DNA of 46,372 nt, taken from a virus (taxonomy: Duplodnaviria > Caudoviricetes). A model generated the notes under the pieces. The model saw nothing but the letters and a program-made list of their open reading frames with translations. It ran no database searches and had not been told where the DNA came from. The position numbers were made by a program, and so were the translations under genes. The DNA lies in IMG/VR virus record IMGVR_UViG_3300027887_000019, positions 1 to 46,372 of that record. One strand, given 5' to 3'. Of the stretch, positions 8,666 through 17,166 are shown piece after piece (the first letter of the stretch is position 1; each line of letters starts with the position of its first letter).

Positions 8666-8796
8666 TGCTTGGGATCTTTTTTCTTGGATTCTTTAGCGGC
8701 TTGTTATTCGCAGCTTTTTCTTTTTTTGTTTGGCTCTGTCTTGTGTTAAGTTCTTTATGGAAGTCTTCTTCGGAGGAAAGTGATTGGAGTAAATAA
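8665..8796 (+). CDS. 43-aa membrane peptide (not in ORF track)
   Basis: TAATG coupling; MLGIFFLGFFSGLLFAAFSFFVWLCLVLSSLWKSSSEESDWSK; stop abuts the next ATG. Confidence 0.6.
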   Translation: MLGIFFLGFFSGLLFAAFSFFVWLCLVLSSLWKSSSEESDWSK

Positions 8797-9003
8797 ATGC
8801 CTATAAATCTCCGTATTGTACTTGAAGATATTCAACAAATACAAATTACAATCGGGAGACAGAAAGATTTAATCAAACATCTCATGCACGATTGCCCAGA
8901 GTGCGTTACGCAATTTATACTTGCAACTAACTCTCTTGATAGTGCGATTGAATATCTTATCGCGGCCGAACGGAAAGTTAATTCGATTATTACAAAGCTA
9001 TGA
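8797..9003 (+). CDS. Hypothetical helical protein
   Basis: GGAG RBS; in operon. Confidence 0.65.
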   Translation: MPINLRIVLEDIQQIQITIGRQKDLIKHLMHDCPECVTQFILATNSLDSAIEYLIAAERKVNSIITKL

Positions 9004-9100
9004 ATAGAGGTAGTTAATGATCTTAATTCGCGCCCCGCCGAATCGCAATGGTTGGCAATCCATTTTTCACTAATCAACTTCTAACCAAATTGGAGTATTT

Positions 9101-9610
9101 ATGAGACAGCAAGTCGATCTTTCCCAAGTTGACCTCACTGGAACCATGGAAGATGGAATCTATATCGCAACCATTAAGCACATGGAACGCAAACCCGCTA
9201 AGAGCGGTAATCCAATGAGGACTTTGACGTGGGCTATTTCCGATGGCCCGAACCTCGGCCGCGAGATTCGCTATGACAATCTCGTTCTTTCGGGAATTAA
9301 TCAAAAAGGCGACCCAATTCAACCTATTCGCCTTGCGCAACTCTTGGTTGCTTGCAAAATCCCCTTTACTTGTGAGGAATGTGCCGGCGGCCCTGGAATT
9401 CAAGATGACCGTATTCACACAATCACAATCGGCGACGGCACAAACGGTAAGAAACGTGGTCATGTGTATTGTGAAAATGGCCATGAGTTACGCATTGATT
9501 TCGACGATGACACGCTCCTCGGTGCATCCTGCCGCGTCGAAGTCGCTACCGAAACAAACGACAAAGGCCGTTCGTATAATGTAATCAAGCGTTACTTGTC
9601 GCTCGATTAA
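9101..9610 (+). CDS. DUF669-like single-stranded DNA-binding protein with Zn-ribbon insert
   Basis: GIYIATI...KSGNPM..LTW.I.DG...GR.I...; LLGASCRVEV...YNVIKRY; insert CEEC...CENGH. Confidence 0.75.
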   Translation: MRQQVDLSQVDLTGTMEDGIYIATIKHMERKPAKSGNPMRTLTWAISDGPNLGREIRYDNLVLSGINQKGDPIQPIRLAQLLVACKIPFTCEECAGGPGIQDDRIHTITIGDGTNGKKRGHVYCENGHELRIDFDDDTLLGASCRVEVATETNDKGRSYNVIKRYLSLD

Positions 9611-9620
9611 CCGCATTTTT

Positions 9621-9657
9621 AATAGGGGGACCACCCGGTCCCCCTATTCCTTTTATT
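9621..9657 (+). terminator. Intrinsic terminator
   Basis: aatagggggacc-accc-ggtccccctatt 12-bp stem followed by ccttttatt. Confidence 0.75.
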
Positions 9658-9668
9658 GGGAGGATTAA

Positions 9669-9866
9669 ATGCATTGTCCGAAAGTCGAATGCCTTAGTGA
9701 TAAGATCCGTACAACAAAGACTTTAACGTATGGCAACGAACAATTCCCACGGCGGTATACCGGGAAGAATATCACTTATCGCCGTCGGCAGTGTTTGGCT
9801 TGTAATTTTACGTGGTACACAATCGAACTGGAAGAATACATCTTTCAGACGCAATTTCTTAAATGA
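9669..9866 (+). CDS. NrdR N-terminal/Ogr-Delta-like zinc-ribbon regulator
   Basis: MHCP..EC...RRRQCLACNFTWYTIE. Confidence 0.75.
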   Translation: MHCPKVECLSDKIRTTKTLTYGNEQFPRRYTGKNITYRRRQCLACNFTWYTIELEEYIFQTQFLK

Positions 9867-9874
9867 GGAAATAG

Positions 9875-10210
9875 ATGTACACAAATAATTGTGGCGGGCC
9901 GTCTTCCGGGCGCTTGGTAAATTATTTATACACCCAAGCGTCTTTTAAATATCCACTCTCGCGATTATTTTTTGGTATTCTTGCCCAAGCCATTCATGAT
10001 GTAAGTAGAGAAGACAAAGTGGAAGAAGCGTCCACGGAAGATGCGCAATCATGGTTCCTAACCACCGATACAACGTTTGAGACAATCTGTGATATTTTAG
10101 AGCTAGATGCTATTCGAATCCGAAAGGAGATTATAGATGCCATACATTCCCGGCGAAGGCCCCAAAACGGCCACAATGGCAATCGTGGCCGAAAAGCCCT
10201 CGAACCATGA
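9875..10210 (+). CDS. Conserved hypothetical phage protein
   Basis: ILAQAIHD...AQSWF...FETICDILELD motif. Confidence 0.75.
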   Translation: MYTNNCGGPSSGRLVNYLYTQASFKYPLSRLFFGILAQAIHDVSREDKVEEASTEDAQSWFLTTDTTFETICDILELDAIRIRKEIIDAIHSRRRPQNGHNGNRGRKALEP

Positions 10211-12509
10211 AGTAATTGCGGGAAGACCACTTGTCGGCCCGTCAGGGCAACAATTGAATTCAATTCTAACAAACATCGGCCTTCGAAGATCAGATGTATA
10301 TATAACCAACGCCGTTAAGAATGTTACAACTATTGCTAATCCAACTCACGAAGAAATCGCAATTGAACTCCCTGCGTTGTGTAAAGAACTTCACGCATTA
10401 CCAAACCTAAATTGCCTTGTACCGCTTGGCGAAAGCGCGTTGTTAGCGTTGTCGAATTTTCAATTGTCTGGAATTTCATCACTCCGCGGCAGCGTGATTC
10501 CTTCGTTTATTGGTCCAAAAATGGTGCCGACTTTCCATCCCGCATTTTACATGCGCGGAAAATGGGAATATCGCTCGGTTGTTCAATTTGATCTAGACCG
10601 CGCAAAAGTAGAATCCACATTTCCCGAGATCGTCAGGCCGAAAAGAGCTTATTATTACGACCCATATCACATCCAAACGGCCTTAGAGTGGGTTAAGGAA
10701 TTGACTAAAACCGCAAAACACACAGGCCAAATGGCGTTCGATATTGAACTCCATCGCAACGGCGTGATTAACTGTATTAGTTTCGCTCCCATGCCGTCGG
10801 TTGCTTATTGCTTTCCTTTGCGCCACACGGACGGCCGCCCATATTGGTCCATTACTGATGAATGCGTTATATGGCGGTTAATTAATCAACTATTGAATAT
10901 CCCTAAGATTACTTATATTTCCCAAAACGGCCTCTTTGACACCTGGCATTTGTGGCGGCATGGGATTAACATCCCTGAAATGTCCCATGGATTTGATACA
11001 ATGTACGCGCATCAATTACTTTATCCTGACTTCCCGCATTCACTCGCATATCTAACTTCGATATTCACAAACGAACCATATTACAAAGATGAAACTGGTA
11101 TCTGGAGCACAACTAAGATGCCCCAAGATGATCGTTTCTGGATTTATAATTGCAAAGATTCGGCCGTGACCCTCGAATGCAAACTCGCCATTGAAGCTGA
11201 ACTTAAAGAAGAACAGCTATTCGACGTGTATACTCACGAAGTTCACAAGCTCTGGGAACCACTTTTATCTATGCGTAAAAAAGGCATCCATGTTTCTCGA
11301 AACACTCTCCAAGAAGTTAGACAAGAAATCGCAGCGACAATCGCCAAACACGAAATGGATATTGCGGCCCGAATCGGCTTTAAGCTTAATACTCGTTCAC
11401 CATTAGATATGGCGAAACTATACACGACACTTAATATCAAACCCCGATTAACTCCCAGCGGCCGTGTTAAAACCGACGCTGAGGAGATTATGTACATGGC
11501 TCATAAGTATCCTGAGCAACGAGATATATTACTCATGATTCATGAACTTAATACAAACCGCACACTCCGCGACGGCTTCCTTGGAATTTCCCTTGATCCT
11601 TACGACTTTTATCATCCATATTATATTCCCCACAAAACAAAAACAGGCCGCCTGGCCTCAAAAGGCTCTGATAGCGGCGGCCCGCAACTACAGAATATCC
11701 CTGCCCGCTTACGAAAAGTATTCATCCCTGATGATCCTTCTCATGAATTTACTTCTTGCGATTTAAAGCAAGCTGAGGCAATGATTGTTGCTTGGATGGC
11801 GGAAGACGAAATCTTGATTAACGCATTTCTCAACGAGAAAGATGTTCATAGAGTTAATGCCTGCATTCTTTTCCGTAATTGGACCAACCCGAAAGAACTC
11901 CCGCCTGATTCAATGCTTGATAGCATCCGCGAGAACTGCGACGCTTGCGCAAATCTTGGAATCCATAAATGCAATCATTCCGAGCGATACATCGCTAAAC
12001 AAACAGGCCATGCATCATCGTATTTAGTTGGCCCTCGAAGATTTTGCTCAGAGCAGATAAAGAAAGGTTTGTCTTTTTCCGAGGCCGATGCAAAGAAATA
12101 TCTTACATTACTCGTCTCCGACGCTAAACGCCATTGGCACGCGGACGTAGAGCGGCAGTTAAAATCAACCCGCATTCTCACAACGCCGCTTGGAAAGCGA
12201 CGAACATTCTTCGGCATTCCCGATCACGATATGCTCCGAGAAGGATTATCGTGGCTCGCCCAGGCGACGGTCGCGCAGATCACAACTCGTGCGATGATCC
12301 TCTTTAATGATCGCTATAAAGAATCCCCAGAGCAAGCGCGAATTGTTACCCAAACTCACGACTCGCTTCTTATTTCCCACAATCGCGATCTTCGCGCAGA
12401 AGTGATGTTGGCGTTAAATCTTGCATTCTACATTCCATTAACTATCAACGGCCGCGAACTAATCATTCCTTTAGAATTTCAATTCGGCGAAAATTGGGGG
12501 GAAGTATAA
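10137..12509 (+). CDS. Family A DNA polymerase with N-terminal family-4 UDG-like domain and 3'-5' exonuclease
   Basis: UDG: AEKPS, GRPLVGPSG, YITNAVK, PTFHPA; exonuclease: FDIE, QNGLFD, YNCKD; polymerase: TGRLAS, DLKQAE, R..AK...H...Y, QTHDS. Confidence 0.95.
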   Translation: MPYIPGEGPKTATMAIVAEKPSNHEVIAGRPLVGPSGQQLNSILTNIGLRRSDVYITNAVKNVTTIANPTHEEIAIELPALCKELHALPNLNCLVPLGESALLALSNFQLSGISSLRGSVIPSFIGPKMVPTFHPAFYMRGKWEYRSVVQFDLDRAKVESTFPEIVRPKRAYYYDPYHIQTALEWVKELTKTAKHTGQMAFDIELHRNGVINCISFAPMPSVAYCFPLRHTDGRPYWSITDECVIWRLINQLLNIPKITYISQNGLFDTWHLWRHGINIPEMSHGFDTMYAHQLLYPDFPHSLAYLTSIFTNEPYYKDETGIWSTTKMPQDDRFWIYNCKDSAVTLECKLAIEAELKEEQLFDVYTHEVHKLWEPLLSMRKKGIHVSRNTLQEVRQEIAATIAKHEMDIAARIGFKLNTRSPLDMAKLYTTLNIKPRLTPSGRVKTDAEEIMYMAHKYPEQRDILLMIHELNTNRTLRDGFLGISLDPYDFYHPYYIPHKTKTGRLASKGSDSGGPQLQNIPARLRKVFIPDDPSHEFTSCDLKQAEAMIVAWMAEDEILINAFLNEKDVHRVNACILFRNWTNPKELPPDSMLDSIRENCDACANLGIHKCNHSERYIAKQTGHASSYLVGPRRFCSEQIKKGLSFSEADAKKYLTLLVSDAKRHWHADVERQLKSTRILTTPLGKRRTFFGIPDHDMLREGLSWLAQATVAQITTRAMILFNDRYKESPEQARIVTQTHDSLLISHNRDLRAEVMLALNLAFYIPLTINGRELIIPLEFQFGENWGEV

Positions 12510-12880
12510 TGAATCTTACTTACGACGCCAATAGAGAAATTATCATTTATACTTGTATAACTTGTAGGAATATATCCGAGTATTATGTAGAATATGTAAC
12601 GCCAACACTTCCTGTAATTATTGGTAGCAAAGCTATTCATTGGGTCCCCAACCCCGCAATTTGTACTTGTGGTCACTCGATTCTTTGGCACCCACAAAAC
12701 TACGGCTGTTGTTTACCTACACAATTTCAAGAATGCAATTGTTACCAATTTACTCCAATGCCGGATTCAAGCCTTTCTCATGAAATGGGTTATATATGCA
12801 AGAATTGCTACTCCCTAGCGCCGTCTATTTCTCAATTAAATGATTTTCTCTTGTCGCTCCGACATAAGAGTTCCTCATGA
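12509..12880 (+). CDS. Cys/His-rich zinc-binding protein
   Basis: TAATG coupling; CITC, CTCGH...H...C...CNC, CKNC. Confidence 0.65.
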   Translation: MNLTYDANREIIIYTCITCRNISEYYVEYVTPTLPVIIGSKAIHWVPNPAICTCGHSILWHPQNYGCCLPTQFQECNCYQFTPMPDSSLSHEMGYICKNCYSLAPSISQLNDFLLSLRHKSSS

Positions 12881-13050
12881 GTAGCGATATTTGCCCAAGT
12901 GGGAAGATTCGTTATTTCTCCCGCAGCGAAGCATATATCGCCGCGAGGAAATTTCGTAAACCAACAAACGGCGCAGGCCGCCTTCGACCTTATTTATGTC
13001 CTTACTGTAAATACTGGCACTTAGGACATGGTTATGAGTTGGATAAGTGA
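12877..13050 (+). CDS. 57-aa phage zinc-finger protein (not in ORF track)
   Basis: CPSGKIRYFSRSEA...RPYLCPYCKYWHLG; ATGA overlap. Confidence 0.75.
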   Translation: MSSDICPSGKIRYFSRSEAYIAARKFRKPTNGAGRLRPYLCPYCKYWHLGHGYELDK

Positions 13051-14233
13051 CTATTTAGAATATACAAAAAACCAAGAATCTCCTACGAGATTTCACATGT
13101 GGACAGCGATAGCGACTATCGCGGCGGCTTTGGGAAGAAAGGTGTGGCTCGACCGCCGCTCAGGAGGGGTTACACATTATCGAATTTACCCAGGACAATT
13201 AATGATCGTGTTAGTCGCCGACTCCGGTCGTTTACGGAAATCAACGGCGATTCGATTAAATCAAGAATACGTAAAGGAGGCAAACATCCGTGTGATAAAA
13301 GGCAAGTCCTCGCCCGAGGCGTTCTTAATGCAACTTGATCCACACTCCAATTCTATGAACGATAGCGTTGCATTCTTAGTCATTTCGGAATTAAGCGTAT
13401 TCCTTTCAAAACAAACATATGCAGAGCCGTTAATCGACTTACTCACCGATCTCGCGGACGCCGATGATGTGTTTGAATATACAACTAAGAAAGATGGTAA
13501 AGTCAAACTTCTTCGGCCGTGTATTACAATGCTTGCAGCAACCACGCCCGTTGGCTTAGGCGAGAACATCCCTGCTAAAGCCCACTCAACAGGATTTATG
13601 TCAAGAGTCCTTTATGTCTATGCCCGTGAGACAGATAGGTGCGATGCACTTACCGATGTCGAAGATAAACACGTTGATTTTACTGAAGTCAAACGCATGG
13701 AAGAAATCCACAAACACTTACTTTCCTCAATTCAATCCATAAGCCAACTCGCGGGGCCATTCACTTATACTAAAGACGGCCGGGACTGGTACGAAGCGGC
13801 GTATAAAGATTGGGTAAATTCCTCCCAAGGCAAAGGCGAAGGCTATCCATCTCGAAGGATGGAGCACTTGCTTCGCATCGCAATGGTCTTGGTTGTGACC
13901 AATTCCCAAAATTTAATCCTCGATGAACGCTCACTTAAGGCTGCTGATATGGCGCTCCAGAAAATAGAAGCGGAGTTCCCTTCGGCTTTTGCCTATATTG
14001 GAAACTCCGCTGCTAGAGATCGGGATGTGATTTTAAATACTCTTCGACAAAACGGCGGCAAACTCCCTCTTTCTGCGTTATACGGAAAGATCTGCAATCA
14101 TTTCAACTACGTCGATGATGTCGCAAAAACCCTAAATATGATGACGGCAGCAGGTCTAATCACTTTTTCAAGAATGCCAAATTCTAACGACGGTGTTTAT
14201 TCCCTAACCGCCTCGTCACTAATCGGCCGTTGA
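13034..14233 (+). CDS. DUF3987/YfjI-type replicative helicase with C-terminal wHTH
   Basis: ESPTRFHMW, ADSGRLRKST P-loop, SPEAF, ISEL, LAATTP, GFMSR. Confidence 0.8.
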   Translation: MSWISDYLEYTKNQESPTRFHMWTAIATIAAALGRKVWLDRRSGGVTHYRIYPGQLMIVLVADSGRLRKSTAIRLNQEYVKEANIRVIKGKSSPEAFLMQLDPHSNSMNDSVAFLVISELSVFLSKQTYAEPLIDLLTDLADADDVFEYTTKKDGKVKLLRPCITMLAATTPVGLGENIPAKAHSTGFMSRVLYVYARETDRCDALTDVEDKHVDFTEVKRMEEIHKHLLSSIQSISQLAGPFTYTKDGRDWYEAAYKDWVNSSQGKGEGYPSRRMEHLLRIAMVLVVTNSQNLILDERSLKAADMALQKIEAEFPSAFAYIGNSAARDRDVILNTLRQNGGKLPLSALYGKICNHFNYVDDVAKTLNMMTAAGLITFSRMPNSNDGVYSLTASSLIGR

Positions 14234-14337
14234 TCGCAAGTATGCTTAATGTCCAACGCCGTTCCAAAATATTGCTGCCCGCAAATCGGACAAGTACAAA
14301 CCACCAAAGTCGAATATCCCTTTTTCTCCAATTCCAT
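14197..14337 (-). CDS. 46-aa zinc-ribbon protein (not in ORF track)
   Basis: AGGAG RBS; MELEKKGYSTLVVCTCPICGQQYFGTALDIKHTCDQ...; last gene of the late operon. Confidence 0.55.
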   Translation of the reverse strand: MELEKKGYSTLVVCTCPICGQQYFGTALDIKHTCDQRPISDEAVRE

Positions 14338-14346
14338 AACCTTCTC

Positions 14347-17166
14347 CTATGGTCTAAGTAATTGCTCCATCACCGAAAGTTTCTCAGTTTTATTTTCTGT
14401 CTTTACCCTCCCCTTAATTGCCGAAAGTGACCGCTTACCAAACACAATTCCATCTTCCCTGGCTTCGGCCAGAAGCGCATTTGCTAAATCAACTTGTCCC
14501 CCTTTGAGAGCGTTTTGAATATCTGAAGCATATTGCGAACGCAAGAACCAAATTGATGGAGAAAGATTTAATCCTCTTGGGATTATTGCATTCAGCCCAC
14601 GATCAGAAATCGGCTCGCCGCCAAGGGTCGTGAATCTTCCTTGCAACGCTTCGGCCGTCGCCTCAAACGCTGACAACACAAAAGGAGACACACCGCGTAA
14701 TACATGCCTAAAACCTTTATACGGCGTACCTTTCGCCGCTTCAACCATGGGGCCGACAATCATTTCTGCTAAAGAACTGAATGTCGGCCCCATCATTGTT
14801 GAGGCAGTACTTGCAATTAAATCCTGCGGAGTTGTTCCTTGCATGATCTTTGGTAAATTAAACGGGTCCATTGCTTGAGTTAGATCAATTCCTTGTGGAA
14901 GATAAGGAATCACATTTTGCATAAACGGACTATTGAATAATCCTGTTTTATCTAACGCCCACATAAATCCTGGGCGTTCTGGAATCCTAATTCCTGATTG
15001 CAAGAGCATGTTACGAACCATGCTATAAAACGGAACCGCTCCACCCATAACTCCCGCGCCGCCAACAAGCCACAACGCACTAAGCGCGTATGCAAACCCC
15101 GCTCTATCATGCTTAGCTAAATCCTTTAGTAATGTGGAATAACTAATCATGTATGTCTTGAATTGCCCAGTTAGTTTCCCCATCGCGCCGCCGCCAAATA
15201 TAGGTGGTCGATTCAATGAGGAATAATTAAATTGTGTAGCGTCAACTACAGCATTGCCATATTCTTGCGCACGGGCAATAGCATCACGGCCTGGCGCATC
15301 TACGTCAGCACGAAATAACTTAACGACTTTATGCGGCACAAAATCCTTTTCCATTGCCGCTAAACGGCCGCCGTGATATGCAATTACGCGATTGAATTGT
15401 TCGGATTTTGCGGGAAGATAATTCAGAATACTCGTCAACCTCGATGCTGGCGACACGCCAGGGCCGTAAACTTCCGTAAAGTATTGTGATACATCAGGAT
15501 TAAATGCCCCGGACTCTACGGCTTCTTTGTATGCCTTTTCCCAATTACTAAGTGTATAACCTACAGCCCGAAAGTAATTTTTTGGTTTAACCACAGGAAG
15601 TAGTGTTAACATCGTTTGAGGAAGATTGATTAATGGAAATCGTACAGGAAACAAGAACAACTTTGAATATGCCTGCAACGCCATAAGGCCAGTTACGCCG
15701 TCGTGAAGTTGTTTCATGTCTATGGGCAATTTCCCAAACATTCCCCGCATACCATTGGCGAGTTTCAATATCCCTCTATCGTAACCAAATCCCACCGCCC
15801 CACGTTGAATATTAACCCACTGCGTTAGTAAGTCGGATAAGTCAATAAGTGATTGCCCATGCATTCGCGTGGTTGGATCTTCCGCGAGTTTCTTGCCTTC
15901 CTCGATTAATACTTTTTGCAATGGCCGCGTGTGCGCTCGCACATAATCCATGTATCTTTTAAAAAAGACCTGCCGCAAATAGTATTGCGTCGCCTTCGCG
16001 GCGTCTACGCCGTAGCCAATTTCTTCTTCAGGATGAACTACATTTCTTCCTTCTTCACGGGGTATATTCCAAACCGCCGAGAACTGCTTTTTCCCAATTT
16101 GATCCTTCAACGGATACGCTCTTTGTGCTTGAGAAACTTCAAGCGCATCAATTTTCTTCAATCGAGCTTCTAAAATCTGCATAGTCTCCGCAACTTCAGG
16201 ATGACTTGCTTTCTCAATATCCGTCATATCATTAAAGTCGTCAAGCAACTGCAAGATCTTTGTCCTTTCTTGCACAAGCGGTTGCTTGGTCATATATCCA
16301 TCAATGAACTTCGCGGTCGGGTCATGACCCATAAATATATCCGTATGAATCAAACCGTTTGTTGCTTCCGAAGCAAGAATATCCATTTGCGAAGCATTTT
16401 TAGGATACGGCATCTTCATTCGTTTAAGATCTTGCAATTCTTGCATTCTACGAACAACTCCACCTTCGGTGGAATCTATGCCGAATAACTTAAGAACGCC
16501 TGGAACCACTCGGTTATATCCCGAGAGCATCTCGAACAACTCATCCGTCAACCCCCGCCATTCTCTTACAAGCGGGTCCCAAGCCGCATTTTGTTCTGCT
16601 TCCGGTAAAGTCTGCACGAGTGTTTGTGTCCAGTCATTTAAATCTGGATCAGTACGATTCACGGTTTGTTTCAAAAATTCTACGTGTTTAAAAAATTGTT
16701 GTGTACTCACCACGTCGTCAACGCCAGCGCGGGTTAGAATATCACCCATTTTTTTCGCATAATCTGGCATTTGTTTATTGAATAACTCACGATACATACT
16801 TGCCGTGTCGGCAAGGTTGGCAATGTATCGTGGGTCGTTCGCGGCGTCCGTCATCAGGCGCATGCGGGCTGTCGCCTTTGCCCCTTGAGAATTGAAGAAC
16901 TCCCCCGAAAACCAACGCATGTGCGGGTTATCCCGCATGCCTAAATTCGGGTCTGTATTTAGACCACGGGTGAAATTCTGATCGAAGTGCTCGGCGGCGG
17001 CTTGCACCACGTCGTCGCCCGCACCGATCGGTGGGACCGGAATTTCCTTCGCGTACGCCCCGAGTAACTTTCCTACTCTTGCCGCCATATTCTCCGCATT
17101 TGGGGCCGCCGCAACTTTCGCAATCGCTTCCCCAAGATCACCACCGAGTTCACTTAGTAGACTCAT
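14347..17166 (-). CDS. Large internal virion/DNA-ejection protein
   Basis: Helical ~940 aa; SEQFNRVIAY...TQFNYS..NRPP...GQFKTY motif of podophage ejection/polyvalent proteins; distal in the late operon. Confidence 0.75.
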   Translation of the reverse strand: MSLLSELGGDLGEAIAKVAAAPNAENMAARVGKLLGAYAKEIPVPPIGAGDDVVQAAAEHFDQNFTRGLNTDPNLGMRDNPHMRWFSGEFFNSQGAKATARMRLMTDAANDPRYIANLADTASMYRELFNKQMPDYAKKMGDILTRAGVDDVVSTQQFFKHVEFLKQTVNRTDPDLNDWTQTLVQTLPEAEQNAAWDPLVREWRGLTDELFEMLSGYNRVVPGVLKLFGIDSTEGGVVRRMQELQDLKRMKMPYPKNASQMDILASEATNGLIHTDIFMGHDPTAKFIDGYMTKQPLVQERTKILQLLDDFNDMTDIEKASHPEVAETMQILEARLKKIDALEVSQAQRAYPLKDQIGKKQFSAVWNIPREEGRNVVHPEEEIGYGVDAAKATQYYLRQVFFKRYMDYVRAHTRPLQKVLIEEGKKLAEDPTTRMHGQSLIDLSDLLTQWVNIQRGAVGFGYDRGILKLANGMRGMFGKLPIDMKQLHDGVTGLMALQAYSKLFLFPVRFPLINLPQTMLTLLPVVKPKNYFRAVGYTLSNWEKAYKEAVESGAFNPDVSQYFTEVYGPGVSPASRLTSILNYLPAKSEQFNRVIAYHGGRLAAMEKDFVPHKVVKLFRADVDAPGRDAIARAQEYGNAVVDATQFNYSSLNRPPIFGGGAMGKLTGQFKTYMISYSTLLKDLAKHDRAGFAYALSALWLVGGAGVMGGAVPFYSMVRNMLLQSGIRIPERPGFMWALDKTGLFNSPFMQNVIPYLPQGIDLTQAMDPFNLPKIMQGTTPQDLIASTASTMMGPTFSSLAEMIVGPMVEAAKGTPYKGFRHVLRGVSPFVLSAFEATAEALQGRFTTLGGEPISDRGLNAIIPRGLNLSPSIWFLRSQYASDIQNALKGGQVDLANALLAEAREDGIVFGKRSLSAIKGRVKTENKTEKLSVMEQLLRP

